Assembly: GCA_965279375.1 (NCBI GenBank)
Contig: OZ257156.1
Coordinates: 5,024,001 to 5,088,000, forward strand
From: Gemmatimonas sp.
Lineage (GTDB): Bacteria > Gemmatimonadota > Gemmatimonadetes > Gemmatimonadales > Gemmatimonadaceae
DNA: 64,000 nucleotides
Direction: 5' to 3'
Part shown: positions 49,315 through 58,671 of the stretch, one piece after another
Layout of the letters: every line of letters starts with the position of its first letter
How positions within the stretch are numbered: the stretch's first letter is position 1
The notes under the pieces: model-generated
Told to the model about the DNA's origin: nothing
What the model saw: only the letters and a program-made list of their open reading frames with translations
Databases searched by the model: none
Made by a program: the position numbers and the translations under genes

Positions 49315-49755
49315 CTAGCGAGGAACCGGGCGATTGCGGTCGCGCACCATCAGCACCGGGACCAGCGTCTTGTGGCGCACCGTATTGGCGGTGGTGCCGT
49401 AAATGACGTCCTGCAGCCCTCGATGCCCGTGCACCGCCATCGCGATCAGGTCGCACGTCTCGCGCTCGGCGGCCGCGACAATCTCGGTCGCCGGGTCGCC
49501 ACCGGCCAACACCGACTCGGCCTCGAATCCATCGCTGCGGAGGGTGGCGCAGCACGTCTCGAGATACGCGCGGTCGCGCTGCATCTCCTCCGACTCACGC
49601 AGTGAGAGCGAGCGCAGGTTGCGCGCGGCAAATCCGTCGGCGACATGAATGAGCAGCAGCGACGAATGGCAAAGACGTGCGAGTTCGCGTACATGATCGA
49701 GAATACACTGATCGTACGGCGAGTTTTCGAGCGGAACGAGAATTCGGCGGTACAT
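49315..49755 (-). CDS. Universal stress protein
   Basis: [29 protein letters not shown] and G.TA..V. Confidence 0.92.
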   Translation of the reverse strand: MYRRILVPLENSPYDQCILDHVRELARLCHSSLLLIHVADGFAARNLRSLSLRESEEMQRDRAYLETCCATLRSDGFEAESVLAGGDPATEIVAAAERETCDLIAMAVHGHRGLQDVIYGTTANTVRHKTLVPVLMVRDRNRPVPR

Positions 49756-51140
49756 CAGGACACCCAGCCGCGCACGGTCTGGAAGAGCAACCAGACGTTG
49801 AGCGTAGAGATGATGGCGGCAACCGTGTACGCCGCGATGCGCAGACCGAGCGAATTCACGAACTCACCCATCTTTTCGCGGTCGGAAGTGAAGCGCACGA
49901 GAGGAAACACGGCAAAGGAGAGCTGGAGCGAAAGAATCACCTGACTGAGCACCAGCAACTTGGCGGTTCCGCTGGCCCCGTAGAAGATCGCCACCACGGC
50001 CGCCGGCACAATAGCGATCGCCCGCGTAATCAGCCTCCGCAGCCAGGGACGGATGCGGAGTTCGAGGAATCCCTCCATCACGATCTGACCGGCCAGCGTA
50101 CCCGTCAACGTGGAGTTCTGTCCCGACGCGAGCAGCGCCAGCGCGAACACCGCACTCGCGCCAGCGACGCCGAGCAATGGCGAGAGCAACCGGTGCGCAT
50201 CCTGGATCTCTGCGACCTCGGTGTTGCCGCTGGTGTGAAATGTGGCCGCGGCCACGATGAGAATCGCGGCATTGATGAACAACGCGAACGTCAGCGCGAT
50301 GGTGGAATCGATGAACGCAAACTGCACCGCCTCGCGCTTTCCTTCCCTGTTCTCGGCGTACTTGCGCGTCTGCACGATGGACGAGTGCAGATAGAGATTG
50401 TGCGGCATGACCGTCGCGCCGAGGATGCCGATGGCGATGTAGAGCATCTCCGGGTTGGTGATGATGTCCGTGGTGGGGATGAACCCCTTCGCCACGGCCG
50501 CCATGTCGGGCCGCGAGATCACCAACTCGAACAGGAAGCAACCGCCAACGACCGCGACGAGCCCGATGACCATGGCCTCCAACAGACGAAAGCCCTTGTT
50601 CTGCAGATAGAGCACCACAAGCACGTCGAGCGCGGTAAGCCCGATGCCCCGTGGCAGCGGCAGATCGAACAGGAGATTGAGCGCGATCGCGGTACCGATC
50701 ACTTCGGCTAGATCGCACGCCGCGATGGCGATCTCGCACAACACCCAGAGCGTGAAGGCGACGCGCGGCGAGTAGTGATCGCGGCAGGCCTGCGCGAGGT
50801 CGCGCCCGGTCACGATGCCCAGCTTGGACGCGAGCCCCTGCAGCAACACGGCCATCAGATTGGAGAGCAGGATGACCGAGAGCAGCGCATAGCCGAACCG
50901 CGATCCACCGGCGAGGTCGGTGGCCCAGTTGCCCGGGTCCATGTAGCCCACTGCCACCAGATAGCCCGGCCCCGCAAAGGCCAGCAGCTTCCGGAACCAC
51001 GTCACCCCCGACACGTCCACCGAGCGATACACCTCGGAGAGCGAGGGCGCGAGACGTGCACGCCTCCAGCCGGGCTCGGGTGACGCTGACGCGGCGATCG
51101 GTTCAGCCGCGCTGTCGGGGGTCGTTTTGAGTGTGCTCAC
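49755..51140 (-). CDS. mntH: Nramp family Mn2+/H+ symporter
   Basis: [30 protein letters not shown] and SQVILS. Confidence 0.95.
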   Translation of the reverse strand: MSTLKTTPDSAAEPIAASASPEPGWRRARLAPSLSEVYRSVDVSGVTWFRKLLAFAGPGYLVAVGYMDPGNWATDLAGGSRFGYALLSVILLSNLMAVLLQGLASKLGIVTGRDLAQACRDHYSPRVAFTLWVLCEIAIAACDLAEVIGTAIALNLLFDLPLPRGIGLTALDVLVVLYLQNKGFRLLEAMVIGLVAVVGGCFLFELVISRPDMAAVAKGFIPTTDIITNPEMLYIAIGILGATVMPHNLYLHSSIVQTRKYAENREGKREAVQFAFIDSTIALTFALFINAAILIVAAATFHTSGNTEVAEIQDAHRLLSPLLGVAGASAVFALALLASGQNSTLTGTLAGQIVMEGFLELRIRPWLRRLITRAIAIVPAAVVAIFYGASGTAKLLVLSQVILSLQLSFAVFPLVRFTSDREKMGEFVNSLGLRIAAYTVAAIISTLNVWLLFQTVRGWVS

Positions 51141-51145
51141 AACCG

Positions 51146-51174
51146 CAATTTAGGCGACACTAAATTGGCCGCAA
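51146..51174 (-). promoter_or_regulatory. MntR/DtxR-type operator overlapping a sigma70 promoter of mntH
   Basis: Perfect inverted repeat CAATTTAG-N6-CTAAATTG (51146-51167); minus strand TTGCGG-N16-TAAATT-N6-GTG. Confidence 0.75.
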
Positions 51175-51236
51175 GTGTGCCTTTGTCGTGCGCGCCGCCA
51201 GGGCGAACCCGTAGGCGCGCACGGGATCCTCGCGCG

Positions 51237-53402
51237 CTACGGGGTCGCCGTCAGGGACATTCGCCACGTGCGGAGCGCGCCGGGCATCAGGTTGTTGTTG
51301 CCCTGTGTAGACGCGATGTAGCGCCGATCGAACGCGTTCTCGACGTTGACCTGCGCGCGGAGCGTGCGGTGCAGCGTGGCGAAGAGCGCCGCGTCCACGC
51401 GCGTGAAAGCCGGAATGCGCAGCGTATTATCGATGGCGGCGTACATGCGGTTTTGATGTACCACGCCGACGCCCACGCCAAAGCCACGGGCCACCCGGTA
51501 GCGATTCCAGAGCGACGCCGTCGAGCTGGGCACGAGCGGGACCGTGGCGCCAGCCTTCGCGGCGGTAGTCGCGTGCACGATGCGCGCCTGCTGTATGGCC
51601 ATGCCGCCGGCAATCTGCCAACGCGATGTCACATCGCCCGAGAGCCCTGCCTCGACACCACGGGTGCGCTGCGCGCCAGTCTGCACCACGCGCGCTGCAT
51701 CGAGCGGATCGGTGGCCGTGGTATTGGTTCGATCGAGCTGATACCACGCGGCGGTCAGCGACAGCGCGTCCGTGAGATCGATCTTGGCGCCGATCTCCTG
51801 ATTGGTGAAGCGCTCGGGCACGAGCGCACGCGTGGTGACCGTGAGCGAGGAGAACTGATCGCCGGTACTCGGCAACCACGAGCGCGTGACGCTGGCGTAG
51901 GTGGATGCGCGCCTGATCGGATGAAACACGAGACCTACGCGCGGCGACACGAGCAGATCCGTGCGAGCGAGGCGTGCGTTCACGCGATTGGTATCGCGAT
52001 TGTTGTGGAAGCGCACGGCAAAGCGTTCGATGCGTGCACCGGCAAGCAACTCCCAGCGCGAGCCGAGCACGATCTGGTCCTGCATGTACGCGGATGCGAC
52101 GCTTACCGCGGTCTGGTTGTCGGCGTCGGTGGCGCTCTGCCGGAACAGCAACGGCGTGCTCACGGTGGGCGCGGACAGTGGCACCTGCACCGTCGTGGTG
52201 GTGCCGTTGAAGTAGCCGGTGCTGCGGAACTGCTCCGTGTCCTGCGAGCCCAATTCCGCGCCCGCGAGGAGCGTATGCTTGAGCGAACCGGTGTACCGCT
52301 CGAGCGTGACATCGGTCTGGTTGAAGAGATTCTTCCGATCGATGCGATGGTTGTACGCGGAGAGCGCGACCGTCGCGCCGCTCGCGACAACAGCTCCCGG
52401 GAACGAATTCTGATAGAACTTGCCGTAGCTGCTGTAGCTCGACCGATTGCGAATCTGAATGCCGCTGGCGGTCACGTGTTCGAGCAGCGAGGTCGCGGAG
52501 CGTACCTGCATGGTGGCGGTATTGACCGTCGGGTTGCCGAAGAAGGCCGTGTAGCGATCCAGCAGTGCCTTGCCCTGATAGGACGGAATGCCGCGATCGA
52601 CAGTGCGCGTGTCGTTCAAGTATTCGTAGCCGAGGCGCACCATCGTGCGCGGTGCCACGAGAAACGACAGCGTCGGATTGACTGCCTGCCGGCTCTGGAG
52701 ATTGGCGACGCGGAAGGTGCCCGATTCATCCACCAGTGCATTCACTCGAATCGCGGCGCCCGGCGAAATGGATTGTCCGACGTCCACCGTCGCGCGCTCG
52801 TGCCCGAACGATCCCACTTCGATGGTGGCGGAGCGCGTGTTCGTCCACTGCGCCGCCTTGAGCACGCGATTGAATACGCCACCGCCACCGCCGCGACCGA
52901 AGGTCATCGCGTTGGAGCCCTTGAGCACTTCGACGCGCTCGACGTTGTAGACATCTCGCAGGTACTGCGCGTCATCGCGCACGCCGTCCACGAAGAAGTC
53001 CGCGGTGGAGCTGTTCCCACGGATGGTCGGGGCATCGCGATGTCCCTCGCCGAGTCCCATGCTGACGCCGGGGACGTAGCGCGCGACATCGGCCATCGAC
53101 TGCATCGCTTGGTCAGCGATGAGGGCGCGAGAGACGACGCTGACCGACTGCGGCACGTCGCGCAGGAGCGTTTCAGTACGCGTGGCGGACATGAGCCGCC
53201 GGGTCAGGTAGGTCGGGCGGCGCTGCACCGAATCCTTAACCAGCACCGGACGGAGGGCTTGGGCGGCGCTGTCTGCGGCAGCCGGCTTGGCTGGCGACGG
53301 GCGTGGGATTTGGGCGCGCAGGGGCGCGCTGGCGACAGCCAATCCGAGGAGTGAGGCTGCCAGCGACGCGGCGGCCGAAGCGCGTGGGGTTGATCGAGTC
53401 AT
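51237..53402 (-). CDS. TonB-dependent siderophore receptor
   Basis: SATRTETLLRDVPQSVSVV, IRG, DFFVDGVRD, ERVEVLKG, NVENAFDRRY and PGALRT. Confidence 0.92.
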   Translation of the reverse strand: MTRSTPRASAAASLAASLLGLAVASAPLRAQIPRPSPAKPAAADSAAQALRPVLVKDSVQRRPTYLTRRLMSATRTETLLRDVPQSVSVVSRALIADQAMQSMADVARYVPGVSMGLGEGHRDAPTIRGNSSTADFFVDGVRDDAQYLRDVYNVERVEVLKGSNAMTFGRGGGGGVFNRVLKAAQWTNTRSATIEVGSFGHERATVDVGQSISPGAAIRVNALVDESGTFRVANLQSRQAVNPTLSFLVAPRTMVRLGYEYLNDTRTVDRGIPSYQGKALLDRYTAFFGNPTVNTATMQVRSATSLLEHVTASGIQIRNRSSYSSYGKFYQNSFPGAVVASGATVALSAYNHRIDRKNLFNQTDVTLERYTGSLKHTLLAGAELGSQDTEQFRSTGYFNGTTTTVQVPLSAPTVSTPLLFRQSATDADNQTAVSVASAYMQDQIVLGSRWELLAGARIERFAVRFHNNRDTNRVNARLARTDLLVSPRVGLVFHPIRRASTYASVTRSWLPSTGDQFSSLTVTTRALVPERFTNQEIGAKIDLTDALSLTAAWYQLDRTNTTATDPLDAARVVQTGAQRTRGVEAGLSGDVTSRWQIAGGMAIQQARIVHATTAAKAGATVPLVPSSTASLWNRYRVARGFGVGVGVVHQNRMYAAIDNTLRIPAFTRVDAALFATLHRTLRAQVNVENAFDRRYIASTQGNNNLMPGALRTWRMSLTATP

Positions 53403-53419
53403 GACGATGGAAGTATTTT

Positions 53420-53434
53420 TGAGAACGATTCTCA
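53420..53434. promoter_or_regulatory. Candidate Fur box
   Basis: TGAGAACGATTCTCA matches the 7-1-7 Fur consensus TGATAATnATTATCA at 11 of 14 positions; lies in an AT-rich stretch 17 nt upstream of the receptor start. Confidence 0.6.
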
Positions 53435-53475
53435 TGTACTGCAATTGCAACTAAAACACTCGGCTTTAACCCGTC

Positions 53476-53515
53476 AAGAAAGGCCCGGCACTTCGTTGGG
53501 ACGAGTGCACGGGCC
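53476..53515 (-). terminator. Probable terminator of the ldcA-ggt operon
   Basis: Hairpin GGCCCG.GCACT...AGTGC.CGGGCC followed by TTTCTT on the minus strand. Confidence 0.55.
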
Positions 53516-53569
53516 GTTCTGAGCTCTCAAGCCGACCGGAAACCGGTCGGCTGTGCCCCGCTCCGCCGA

Positions 53570-55348
53570 CTACTGCCCGACCGCAGACCCGTCCCGGCGC
53601 GGGTCCGCGACGCCGATCCGGCGGCCATCCTTGCGGACGAACACTGCGTGCACGCCGCCGAATGTGATGTCCGCAACACGACTCACCGGGCGGTACCCGC
53701 GCGCCACCAGCGCCGCGTACACCGATGGCGCAAAGCCAGGCTCCACCTCGACATCGCGCGTCGGCGAACTGGCGTGAATCCGCGGCGCCGCCACTGCCGT
53801 CCCCGCGTCCTCGCCAAAGGCGAGCACGCGAATCGCGATCTGCGTGATGGCCGGTTGGATGTACTGTGAACCTGCGGCCCCCACCACCAACCGCACCTGC
53901 CCGCCCTCGAGAATCATCGTCGGCGACATCGTCGAGTTGGCGTACCGGTTCACGCCACGCGTGCGCGCGTCGAAGTTGTTGGCCGCCGAATTGAGAAAGA
54001 AGCCGTCCGTGTACACGCCGCTCCCGAACAGCACACCCACGGTCGTCGTCGCGGACACTGCGTTCCCGTCCGCGTCCACCACCGACAAGTGTGACGTCAA
54101 GCTGCCGCCTTCAGCCGGCTCGTTCGCGCCGGAGCTGCCCGACGCGCGCACGCCCTGCGCACCAGCCACTGGATACGGATCGACGGCACACGCGCCGCTC
54201 GGTGCTGCCGCATCAAAGCCCGTCGGATCGCCAGCGGTTACAGTGTCCGCGACGGCGCCGGCGACCAGCGCCGATCGCTGCTTCGCGTACCCCGCGCTGC
54301 TCGCACCGCGCGCCGGAACGCTCTGCGCAAACGGATCGCCGCGCCAGCGTCCGCCGTCCGACTGGCCGATGCGCATCACGTCGGCAAGCTTGGCGATCGC
54401 GTCCGGCGTTTCGGTAAAGCCGCCCGCTGACGTGAGCCCGGAGAACTCCGCCATCTGCAGCATCTCGAGCACGGCCGCACCACCCATCGGCGGCGGCGCA
54501 CTCAGCACGGTGTAGCCGCGCCAATTCGCACAAAGCGGACGCATCGTCGCCACAGGATAGTTGGCCAGGTCGCGCACAGAAATCAGTCCGCCCTGCGACT
54601 TCACCTTGGCGGACAAGCGCTCCGCGATCACACCCGTGTAGAACGCGCTCTTTCCCTCGGCCGCAATGCGCTGCAAAGTGGCCGCCAACTCCGGCTGCAC
54701 CAGCCGGTCGCCCGGGCGCAGTGCTTCGCCGTTGGGCATGAAGCGCATCTTCGCGACTGAGTCGGCGAGCATCTTCTCGCGCGAGGACGCGATCGTCCGT
54801 GAAAGCAGCGGCGTGACGACGAACCCGTCACGCGCAAGCGCAATCGCCGGTGCCATTACCTGTGCGCGTGTGAGCTTTCCGAATCGCGTCTGCGCCTCGA
54901 GCAAACCCGCCACCATCCCCGGCGTGGCCGCGCCGCGACCAGGCCGACGCGCCGCGCGCGATGTGTCCGCCTGCCCCCACGCCGGGTCTTCGCCCGAGCG
55001 CGGATAGAAAGACAGATGCTCTGCACGTTTGGTCTTCGCGTTGTAGAAGGTCAGCGCTCCACCGCCGCCCAGCCCAGTCTGCGAGACATCGACCACCGAG
55101 AGCGCGAATGCCGTTGCCACCGCGGCATCGACGGCATTGCCGCCGATTCGCATCACCGACGCGCCGGCCGCCGCCGCTTCCGGCTGCGACGCCGCAACCA
55201 TTCCACGATCGCCCTCCACACGCTTGCCGGACATCGGCGACGAGCCACCGGCACTGACCGGCGCTCGCGCGCACGCGGACGCGCCGATCGTCAGCGCGAC
55301 GAACGTGAGCGTCGCACCGCGACGCGCGAAGTGCAGAGATTCGTTCAC
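53570..55348 (-). CDS. ggt: Gamma-glutamyltransferase family protein (lipoprotein-like)
   Basis: GGNAVDAAVA, GLGGGG, SAPPP, autocleavage site TSHLSVVD and ADPRRDG. Confidence 0.88.
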   Translation of the reverse strand: MNESLHFARRGATLTFVALTIGASACARAPVSAGGSSPMSGKRVEGDRGMVAASQPEAAAAGASVMRIGGNAVDAAVATAFALSVVDVSQTGLGGGGALTFYNAKTKRAEHLSFYPRSGEDPAWGQADTSRAARRPGRGAATPGMVAGLLEAQTRFGKLTRAQVMAPAIALARDGFVVTPLLSRTIASSREKMLADSVAKMRFMPNGEALRPGDRLVQPELAATLQRIAAEGKSAFYTGVIAERLSAKVKSQGGLISVRDLANYPVATMRPLCANWRGYTVLSAPPPMGGAAVLEMLQMAEFSGLTSAGGFTETPDAIAKLADVMRIGQSDGGRWRGDPFAQSVPARGASSAGYAKQRSALVAGAVADTVTAGDPTGFDAAAPSGACAVDPYPVAGAQGVRASGSSGANEPAEGGSLTSHLSVVDADGNAVSATTTVGVLFGSGVYTDGFFLNSAANNFDARTRGVNRYANSTMSPTMILEGGQVRLVVGAAGSQYIQPAITQIAIRVLAFGEDAGTAVAAPRIHASSPTRDVEVEPGFAPSVYAALVARGYRPVSRVADITFGGVHAVFVRKDGRRIGVADPRRDGSAVGQ

Positions 55349-55395
55349 AACATGTGCTCCACCAAGGGTTCGACAGCCATCACCACCAGAAGTCG

Positions 55396-55998
55396 CTACT
55401 CGCCGAGCATCGGAAGCAACTGGCGCACGATACGTTCCGTCAGCCCCCACACGACGTGGTCCTGCACACGGAAGGCGGGGAATCGAGCACGGACGCCGTT
55501 GATCATCATCACATGTTCTGCCTGCGCACGATCATCACGCAATGCGGACAGCGGCACCCAGAACACCGACGCCACTTCCGCGCTCAGCGTGAACTCGACG
55601 TCCGGCGCCACCACCGCCACGAACGGTCGGATGATGATCGGTGGCAGCACGCGCGAGCGCGGTGCGAGGTCATCGAGTCTGCCGAGCATGCGACCGCGAC
55701 GCAGATCGAGCGCGATCTCTTCGCGCGTCTCACGCACGGCCGTGACCTCGAGCGACGCATCGTCCGGCTCCACGCGGCCGCCCGGAAACGCCACGTGTCC
55801 GCTCCACGGATCCCGCTCCAACTCGGCTCGCTTGATGAACAGCAGCTCGGGTTCATCGACCACGCGCAACACGGCGGCAACCGCGGCCAGTCGCGAGGTC
55901 GGCGTTGGCACCGCATCGACAGGCTGTCTCCCTCCCAGCCGCGCGACGAGTCGCGTCAGCGCTGCGTGCTGCAGTGCTGTCGAGACGGCATCCGACAT
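55396..55998 (-). CDS. Nudix hydrolase, CoA pyrophosphatase type
   Basis: WSGHVAFPGG...TAVRETREEI; VWGLT. Confidence 0.9.
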   Translation of the reverse strand: MSDAVSTALQHAALTRLVARLGGRQPVDAVPTPTSRLAAVAAVLRVVDEPELLFIKRAELERDPWSGHVAFPGGRVEPDDASLEVTAVRETREEIALDLRRGRMLGRLDDLAPRSRVLPPIIIRPFVAVVAPDVEFTLSAEVASVFWVPLSALRDDRAQAEHVMMINGVRARFPAFRVQDHVVWGLTERIVRQLLPMLGE

Positions 55999-56027
55999 CG
56001 GTGCGCGAGCCCCTGACGAGTCCGCGC

Positions 56028-56390
56028 TCAGTCCGCCACCTCGCCACCCGACGCAACCCAGTCACGGAAGCCGCCGGCCAGCGACGCCACGTTCGCGTAG
56101 CCCATCTCGTCCAGCACGCGCGCCGCCAGCGCCGAGCGATTGCCGCTCGCACACATCAGGACGACTCGCGCCTCACGCGGCACGCGCGCTTCGATCTGCG
56201 ACTCGAGCACACCACGCCCGATGTAGATCGCCGGCGCGGCATGGCCGAGGTTCCATTCGTTCTGCTCGCGGATATCCACCAGCACGATCTCCTCGCCGCG
56301 CCCGAGTTGATCCTGCACTTCACGAGCGGTCACCTCTGTGACGGCGGCCTTTGCCTCGGCGAAGAGTTGCTGCGCTGTCTTGAACGTCAT
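56028..56390 (-). CDS. Rhodanese-like domain protein
   Basis: VDIRE..EW..GH, CASGNRS and LAGG. Confidence 0.9.
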   Translation of the reverse strand: MTFKTAQQLFAEAKAAVTEVTAREVQDQLGRGEEIVLVDIREQNEWNLGHAAPAIYIGRGVLESQIEARVPREARVVLMCASGNRSALAARVLDEMGYANVASLAGGFRDWVASGGEVAD

Positions 56391-56417
56391 CGATAGCTCG
56401 ATCGAGTATGTGAAAAG

Positions 56418-57353
56418 TCAGGTCTGCATGGTGCGCTGCCGATGCGTGTGGAGCACGAGCGCATCGGTATCCAGCGTCGCGATCGCACCGAGCGCGAGCG
56501 TCCACTGGTCTGAAATATGGCCGACTGGAATGCCCAGCAGCGCCGGCACGCCCAGAGTATCTGCGCATTCGCGCACGACCGTGTCGAGCGCGCGTCGGCC
56601 GTCGTCGGTGGTCTCGACGCAATCGGTACAGTGCCCGAACGCAATCGCGACGCACTCGTCCAAGGCACCGGACAGCCGCAGTTGCGTCAGCATACGATCG
56701 ACGCGATACGTGGCTTCGTTGATGTCTTCCAGCACCACGATCGCGCCGCGAAAGTCGACAGCCCACGGGGTCCCGCACAGCGACGAGACCAACGCCAGGT
56801 TACCACCCGCCAGCCGACCCGTTGCCGAACCGGGCCGCAACACCACGGCGTCCCCGGCATCGCCCGTTCCATTGTCACCGTGCGTTACGGCGGCCACCAG
56901 CGACGCACGCGAGAACTCGGTCAGTACGGCGCGCGCGGTGGGCGCATGAAACGAAATCACCCCAGCCCGCTGCCATGCGGCATGGAGCGCGGTGATGTCG
57001 GAGTAGCCGAGCAGCGCCTTGGGGTTGCCACGAATGACGGAATCGGAGAGCGCCGGCAGCAGGCGCGCCGCACCGTAGCCACCGCGCAAGCACCAGATGC
57101 CATCGACGCGTGCATCGTTGAGCGCCCACAAGAGATCGCTCGCGCGTTCGGCGTCACTGCCGGCAAAGTACCCGTCCCGATGGAGCGCATGCGGCCCCAC
57201 CACCGGCTCCCAGCCCAGCGATTGCGCCGTCGCCACGGCGCGCTCCACATCGGACTCTCCGCTCAGTGGGCCGGAGGGGCAGATCAGCGCCACACGGGCA
57301 CCTGCCTCGAGGCGCGCCGGTTCGATCAGGGCAGGAGAGACGGCCGAGGTCAT
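56418..57353 (-). CDS. ldcA: LD-carboxypeptidase (S66 family)
   Basis: RGGYG, GYSDIT (Ser), GGNL, LEDINE (Glu) and VGH (His). Confidence 0.9.
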   Translation of the reverse strand: MTSAVSPALIEPARLEAGARVALICPSGPLSGESDVERAVATAQSLGWEPVVGPHALHRDGYFAGSDAERASDLLWALNDARVDGIWCLRGGYGAARLLPALSDSVIRGNPKALLGYSDITALHAAWQRAGVISFHAPTARAVLTEFSRASLVAAVTHGDNGTGDAGDAVVLRPGSATGRLAGGNLALVSSLCGTPWAVDFRGAIVVLEDINEATYRVDRMLTQLRLSGALDECVAIAFGHCTDCVETTDDGRRALDTVVRECADTLGVPALLGIPVGHISDQWTLALGAIATLDTDALVLHTHRQRTMQT

Positions 57354-57451
57354 CGAGAGAACGTAGTCGCTCCGTACCAACGTTGCCACGACCGTGCATC
57401 AATGCGATGCCGCCCTGCCGACCGACCTGCTCGCTGGCGACCTTTCGGCTC

Positions 57452-58669
57452 GTGCTCTACTCTGATTCCTCGAAGCTGATCGCTCTGGGTGCCGCCCTCC
57501 CCTGGGTGCTGGTGCCGGCGATTCTCTATCTGCGACTGCGCGCCACGCCGTCGCTCGACGATGTGTCCGCCGAACCGCCGTCGCGTACGGCTGCGCCGCG
57601 AGTGTCAGTGATCCTTCCGGCGCGGAACGAAGCGGCCCATATCGGCGCGTGCGTGCGGTCGATTCTCGACTCCGATTGGCCCGATCTCGAGTTGATCGTG
57701 GTGGACGACCACTCGACGGACGGGACCTCCGCGTTGGCGCATCAAGCGGCGGCTGGCGACACGCGTTTGACGGTGGTTTCCGCGCCCGACTTGCCCGCCG
57801 GCTGGTTTGGGAAGCAGTGGGCGTGCCAGACCGGCTCAGGTCAGGCGACCGGATCGTTGCTGCTCTTCACCGACGCCGATACGCGACACGCGCCCGATCT
57901 GATCACGAGGCTGGTGCAGATGCGCGCTGCACGCGGCGCGGAGCTCATGTCGGTGGCGGGCCGGCAGGACATGGAGACGATCTGGGAGCGTGCGGTACAG
58001 CCGAGTGTGTTCAGCTTGATTTTGCTGCGCTACGGAGGCACCCAGGCGATTGAGCGTGCGTCGCGCGCGTCCGACGTGGTGGCCAACGGTCAGTGTTTCA
58101 TGCTCTCGCGCACGGCGTACGACGCGATCGGAGGACACAACGCGGTGCGCGAGTTCGTGGCCGAAGACTTGATGATGGCGCAGGCGATTTGGGGGACGGG
58201 ATCGCGCGTGTCGCTCGTGCTGGGCATCGGGCAGTTGAGTACGCGGATGTACGACGGACTCGACGCGCTGATGAAGGGGTGGGGGAAGAACGTGTACGCC
58301 GGCGGTCGCTTCGCGATGCGTGGCGGAGCGATGGGGCGCGCGATTTATCCGTTGCTGTTGCTGGCGTTTCCGGCGGGCATTCTGCTGCCGTTTGTGGTGA
58401 GTGTGGGTTTGGGCGTCGTCGTCGCGTTGGCGTCCATCGCGGGAGCCGACTGGTTTGGCGCGACAACGTCGGCGTGGCTGACGTGGGGACTCGTGGCGAG
58501 TGTGGCGGTGCTGCTCACGTTCATGCTGGCCAACCATCTGAATCGTGATGCGCTGAAGCGCGCCTGGCTAGCGCCCCTGGGCGGCGCTGTGTTGTTGGCG
58601 ATCTGCCTGATCGCGATCGTGCGCGGCCGCAACGTGAGCTGGAAGGGCCGCGGGTATCTGACGCGCTGA
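57452..58669 (+). CDS. Membrane glycosyltransferase family 2 (CrtQ/CruC/HpnB-like)
   Basis: SVILPARNE, VDDHSTD, LPAGWFGK, FTDAD, NGQ, AEDL, RMY and VSWKGR. Confidence 0.85.
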   Translation: MLYSDSSKLIALGAALPWVLVPAILYLRLRATPSLDDVSAEPPSRTAAPRVSVILPARNEAAHIGACVRSILDSDWPDLELIVVDDHSTDGTSALAHQAAAGDTRLTVVSAPDLPAGWFGKQWACQTGSGQATGSLLLFTDADTRHAPDLITRLVQMRAARGAELMSVAGRQDMETIWERAVQPSVFSLILLRYGGTQAIERASRASDVVANGQCFMLSRTAYDAIGGHNAVREFVAEDLMMAQAIWGTGSRVSLVLGIGQLSTRMYDGLDALMKGWGKNVYAGGRFAMRGGAMGRAIYPLLLLAFPAGILLPFVVSVGLGVVVALASIAGADWFGATTSAWLTWGLVASVAVLLTFMLANHLNRDALKRAWLAPLGGAVLLAICLIAIVRGRNVSWKGRGYLTR

Positions 58670-58671
58670 GG

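Noticed and set aside
51141..51236. yybP-ykoY Mn riboswitch upstream of mntH
   Set aside because: The promoter abuts the start codon, leaving no room for a leader; a protein operator explains regulation.
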